A stretch of 63,156 nt of DNA, filler included, from Octopus bimaculoides (taxonomy: Eukaryota): NCBI RefSeq assembly GCF_001194135.2. It is 5 parts of 5 records of this genome, joined end to end, with 100 filler letters (N's around TTAATTAATTAA, not from the genome) between each part and the next. Parts side by side here need not be neighbours in the genome. Positions count along the whole stretch, not along the records: positions 48,302 to 63,156 come from NC_069006.1; 4 more parts are not named here. One strand, given 5' to 3'. The notes under the pieces are model-generated. The model was given only the letters and a program-made list of their open reading frames with translations, ran no database searches and had not been told where the DNA came from. The position numbers were made by a program, and so were the translations under genes. Below, one piece after another: positions 63,121 to 63,156 of this stretch. How positions within the stretch are numbered: position 1 is the stretch's first letter; each line of letters starts with the position of its first letter.

Positions 63121-63156
<36 letters not shown>
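63040..63156. repeat. (CT)n / (CTCG) / (TA)n microsatellite
   Basis: Visible directly. Confidence 0.95.

Noticed and set aside
1-63156. Conserved bilaterian or mollusc microRNAs, rRNA and intact tRNA genes
   Set aside because: A by-eye scan for mature sequences I remember found none, and all tRNA-like boxes belong to SINE heads. A tool-based search (tRNAscan-SE, Infernal, MirGeneDB) would be needed to exclude them fully.

Overview
AT-rich, microsatellite-rich eukaryotic DNA with many N gaps. The repeat inventory (tRNA-derived SINEs, RTE, CR1 and R4-type LINE remnants, Penelope-like remnants) points to a coleoid cephalopod, most likely an octopus; this is inference. Four identical 100-bp linkers (N44-TTAATTAATTAA-N44) split the window into five joined pieces: 1-17232, 17333-27856, 27957-32397, 32498-48201 and 48302-63156. 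Adjacency across these linkers may not be biological. The only host gene I can support is one first coding exon of a sideroflexin (SFXN1/3-like, 32003-32175, +). I found none of its later exons. Nearly all ORFs in the supplied track are artefacts of microsatellites or N runs, or are LINE remnants. The most unusual structures are two long fold-backs: a 227-bp near-perfect palindrome at 54859-55085 and a 744-bp element with ~245-bp arms at 45959-46702. Both carry degenerate hammerhead-like motifs of the kind associated with Penelope-like elements, and three more such motifs and two Penelope GIY-YIG remnants lie elsewhere in the window. Other notable observations are a CR1 LINE sharing its 3' end with a SINE family, R4/Dong-like ends sitting in (TAA)n tracts, a fully resolvable SINE-in-SINE insertion, and CpG decay in the SFXN contig. 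There is no CRISPR array, rRNA or intact tRNA.
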